44,932 nt of DNA from assembly GCA_032718475.1 (NCBI GenBank), contig JAUCBJ010007638.1, positions 1-44,932 on the forward strand, read 5' to 3'. The position numbers and the translations under genes were made by a program. Numbering within the stretch: position 1 is the first letter of the stretch; each line of letters begins with the position of its first letter. The notes beneath the pieces were generated by a model. That model ran no database searches and had not been told where the DNA came from. It was given only the letters and a program-made list of their open reading frames with translations. Below, in pieces: positions 42,430-44,932 of this stretch. Origin of the DNA: Nemertoderma westbladi (taxonomy: Eukaryota; Animalia; Xenacoelomorpha).

Positions 42430-42609
42430 AGTATAAGTACATTAGTATTATTCGAATTTGATAATTATATACCGGTAGGTCTTAGTACTTAATCAGGGAA
42501 CGGCCGCCCTGGTTTTTTATTGAGATTTTTACTTATTTCTGTCAAGTTTTATTTGTTTGTAGGCCAGTATTGAACAGAAGGCGTGTAAGCCTGATCAGAT
42601 TGTACAGAC

Positions 42610-43180
42610 AATTTGTAGGCTGAGCTGTTGTCTGATTGTTGTTAAGTCTGAACGGATTGCAGTGTGTGTAGATCATCTGTCCGATAAAGAACGGTTAGGA
42701 AGTAGGGGCAGCCAAAGCTGTAAGGTAAACCCCCAACTAAAGAATAAGTCGTACTACTGGGTTAGAACGCATACTACCTAATCATTTCGGAGTCTGCATG
42801 TCCTGTAGTTTATTTAGGCTTGAGAGTAGTCTGCCATCGTTTAGTCTGTACTTTGTTTGTGTAGTCTGTACAGGTAGCGTATAATATTTATTTAGATAAT
42901 TTGTAGGCTGGATAGTTGTCTGGCTGTTGTTAAGTCTGAACGGATTGCAGTGTGTGTAGATCATCTGTCCGATAAAGAACGGTTAGGAAGTAGGGGCAGC
43001 CAAAGCTGTAAGGTAAACCCCCAACTAAAGAATAAGTCGTACTACTGGGTTAGAACGCATACTACCTAATCATTTCGGAGTCTGCATGTCCTGTAGTTTA
43101 TTTAGGCTTGATAGTAGTCTGTCAGTATTTGGTCTGCATTTTGTTTGAGTGGTTTGTACGCGTAGCGTAATATTTATTAT
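42610..43180. repeat. About 288-bp tandem duplication in the element 2 leader
   Basis: TTTGTAGGCTG at 42612 and 42900, with a central block of about 180 bp that appears identical. Confidence 0.9.
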
Positions 43181-44500
43181 TCAGAGTTTATGCGATTATT
43201 CGCAACATTCATTCCCCAAGTTTGTTCCTACAATAATTGTGTTTGTTATACATACCGCTATAGTTAAATTAACCCCGGTACTACACGGGCTGCTTGGCGT
43301 AGGTAAAGACTGGTGATTTTGTGCACCGGTCACTCCAGCAGATGCCGTGGTTCTTTTAGCTGTTCAAGTATATTTAACTACTGATTATATGTTGTACAAG
43401 TACTCGTACCTAATTTAGGGTTTAGTGTACAGTGCTTTCCGAAAGTAATTAGTGTAGACATTATATTTGTGTTGTAAAGTGGTTGATAGGCACGTTCGAT
43501 TAGCTCTATTAACTTCTAGGTAGGAACACTCCGTGATACATAACGTAGTACCTATAGCGATACGGCTATAGGTCGTCAGGCGGTGGTATTTTCCTACCTG
43601 GACAACGCAGTGTATTTACTACTACGTATTATTTTCAAATACCGCAGTACCCTGTCCGTTGTAATAACCAGATTCTAACCCTTTGTTAGGCTGGTTTGTA
43701 GACTTCTTGTAAAATTACCCTGAAAATTCGTATTTTGTGTTTTTTGTAAATTTTTGTGTTTATTTAGAGATTGTAATCTCACCCGAATTGTACGTAATTT
43801 GTAGTATTAAGTAACTTAGGTAAATTAGTATTATTTGTTTTAGTGTCCTATAAGTAGCACTTCACTGAAAGCGCACCGCTTTGTGTAGTGATTACTCCCC
43901 AGAAATAATAACATTTATTTCAAACATTGACAAAACCCATTAAAACGGGTATATATATATTATAAATCAACTCAAACGATTTATAAATAGCAGGCCTACC
44001 ATACAACCATTAGGTCTCAATATCAGTTGGATTACTGCTCAAATAACGGTAATAAAGTAAGTAAAGTAACCAAGTAACCCTAAAATTCAGAAATTCAATT
44101 ATTTAAAATAATTGATATACCGGTATTTACGATAGGCCTATTATCTTTATTTCTATAAATTTAGGCTGAAATTATACCGGTACTTGTAATTAATTCTAGT
44201 CCAGAATTATATATACTACAAACTGTAAGCTGTATGTATACCGGTATTCCGATAGGCCTATTATATATTTATATATATTTGTGCTAAAATTATACCGGTA
44301 TTCTGTGATAAACCTAGTCTGTAATAATACTTATATAGTTATATATACTATAAGCATACCGGTATTCTAATATATTATATATATCACGCTGCACTGAGTA
44401 GCAGTACCGGTAATTAATTACTAGGCTAGCAGTTAATACTGAGTTACTAGACTTGCTCAGACTGTAATACAGCAGTAGACATTCAACTGTACACATAAAC

Positions 44501-44932
44501 ATGTCTGATACTAAGCAGAACCTGTCAGACAGTTTATTAGATGTAACTATCTGCGACTCAGATAGAGGTGTAGAACCGTCTAGTCCTAAGTTCAGTTCAC
44601 CTCCCACTGTGAGGAAGGTCATCCCTCCAGTAGAAATAACAGAACCTAGGCTGGTCCAACATCGTAGGTCTATCATAGGCACTCGAGCTCAGGTCAAGCG
44701 GGACCAAGAAGCAGCAGAACAGCAACAACCCGCGAGCCAAGAACTTACTTCTCAACGGCCCAACAGCTCCAGTAGTGAGGATACTGTAGAACTGACACCA
44801 GAACGCGGAGAAAAGATGATGGATGCGGTTTATTCGGATCCCCTTCTCATCCTTCCTGCAGCCGTACTCACTAGGCTATTGATTGCGGTGGAAGAACACC
44901 AGATCGATTGGGCGAGAAGTCAGCGATCAACT
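44501..44932 (+). CDS. Gag N-terminus of element 2 (partial, 144 codons, open at the window edge)
   Basis: MSDTKQNLSDSLLDVTICDSDRGVE...SIIGTRAQVKRDQEAA...DTVELTPE...VYSDPLLILPAAVLTRLLIAVEEHQIDWA aligns with the start of the 1540-aa ORF. It is missing from the ORF track because it has no stop in the window. Confidence 0.92.
   Translation, partial: MSDTKQNLSDSLLDVTICDSDRGVEPSSPKFSSPPTVRKVIPPVEITEPRLVQHRRSIIGTRAQVKRDQEAAEQQQPASQELTSQRPNSSSSEDTVELTPERGEKMMDAVYSDPLLILPAAVLTRLLIAVEEHQIDWARSQRST

Larger units (their letters stand above)
40719..44932 (+). mobile_element. Second BEL/Pao LTR element (sister subfamily), 5' portion; runs off the window
   Basis: Starts TGTAAAAGC like element 1. U5, leader and gag start are homologous in inverted orientation to 32283-28267. 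Confidence 0.9.

Noticed and set aside
44314-44682. 122-aa minus-strand ORF
   Set aside because: Antisense to the element 2 gag start and leader; the plus-strand frame from 44501 is the conserved one.

Overview
AT-rich, transposon-dense animal (invertebrate-like) nuclear DNA; the species cannot be named from the sequence. There are two host genes, each a single uninterrupted ORF: a RASSF2/4/6-family RA+SARAH protein (1011-2027, +) and eIF3 subunit b (14831-16960, -). The rest is nested mobile DNA: tRNA-derived SINEs, RTE and CR1/L2 LINE fragments, several non-autonomous DNA transposons with readable TIRs and TSDs, satellites, and a minimal hammerhead ribozyme insert. The centrepiece is a very young 12.4-kb BEL/Pao LTR element (19838-32283, -) with 1260-bp LTRs that look identical and TSD AGAAC. 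It encodes Gag-protease with RT and integrase deleted in frame, plus a decayed triple zinc-knuckle accessory ORF. The 5' end of a diverged sister element lies at 40719 to the window end (+). Best candidate for an undescribed system: neither element has a tRNA primer-binding site. In both, the 11-13 nt directly after the 5' LTR are the perfect reverse complement of a site at the homologous position inside their own LTR, and 5 of 11 positions co-vary between the two elements. This is the geometry of Tf1-type self-primed reverse transcription, which I know from Tf1/sushi chromoviruses but not from BEL/Pao.
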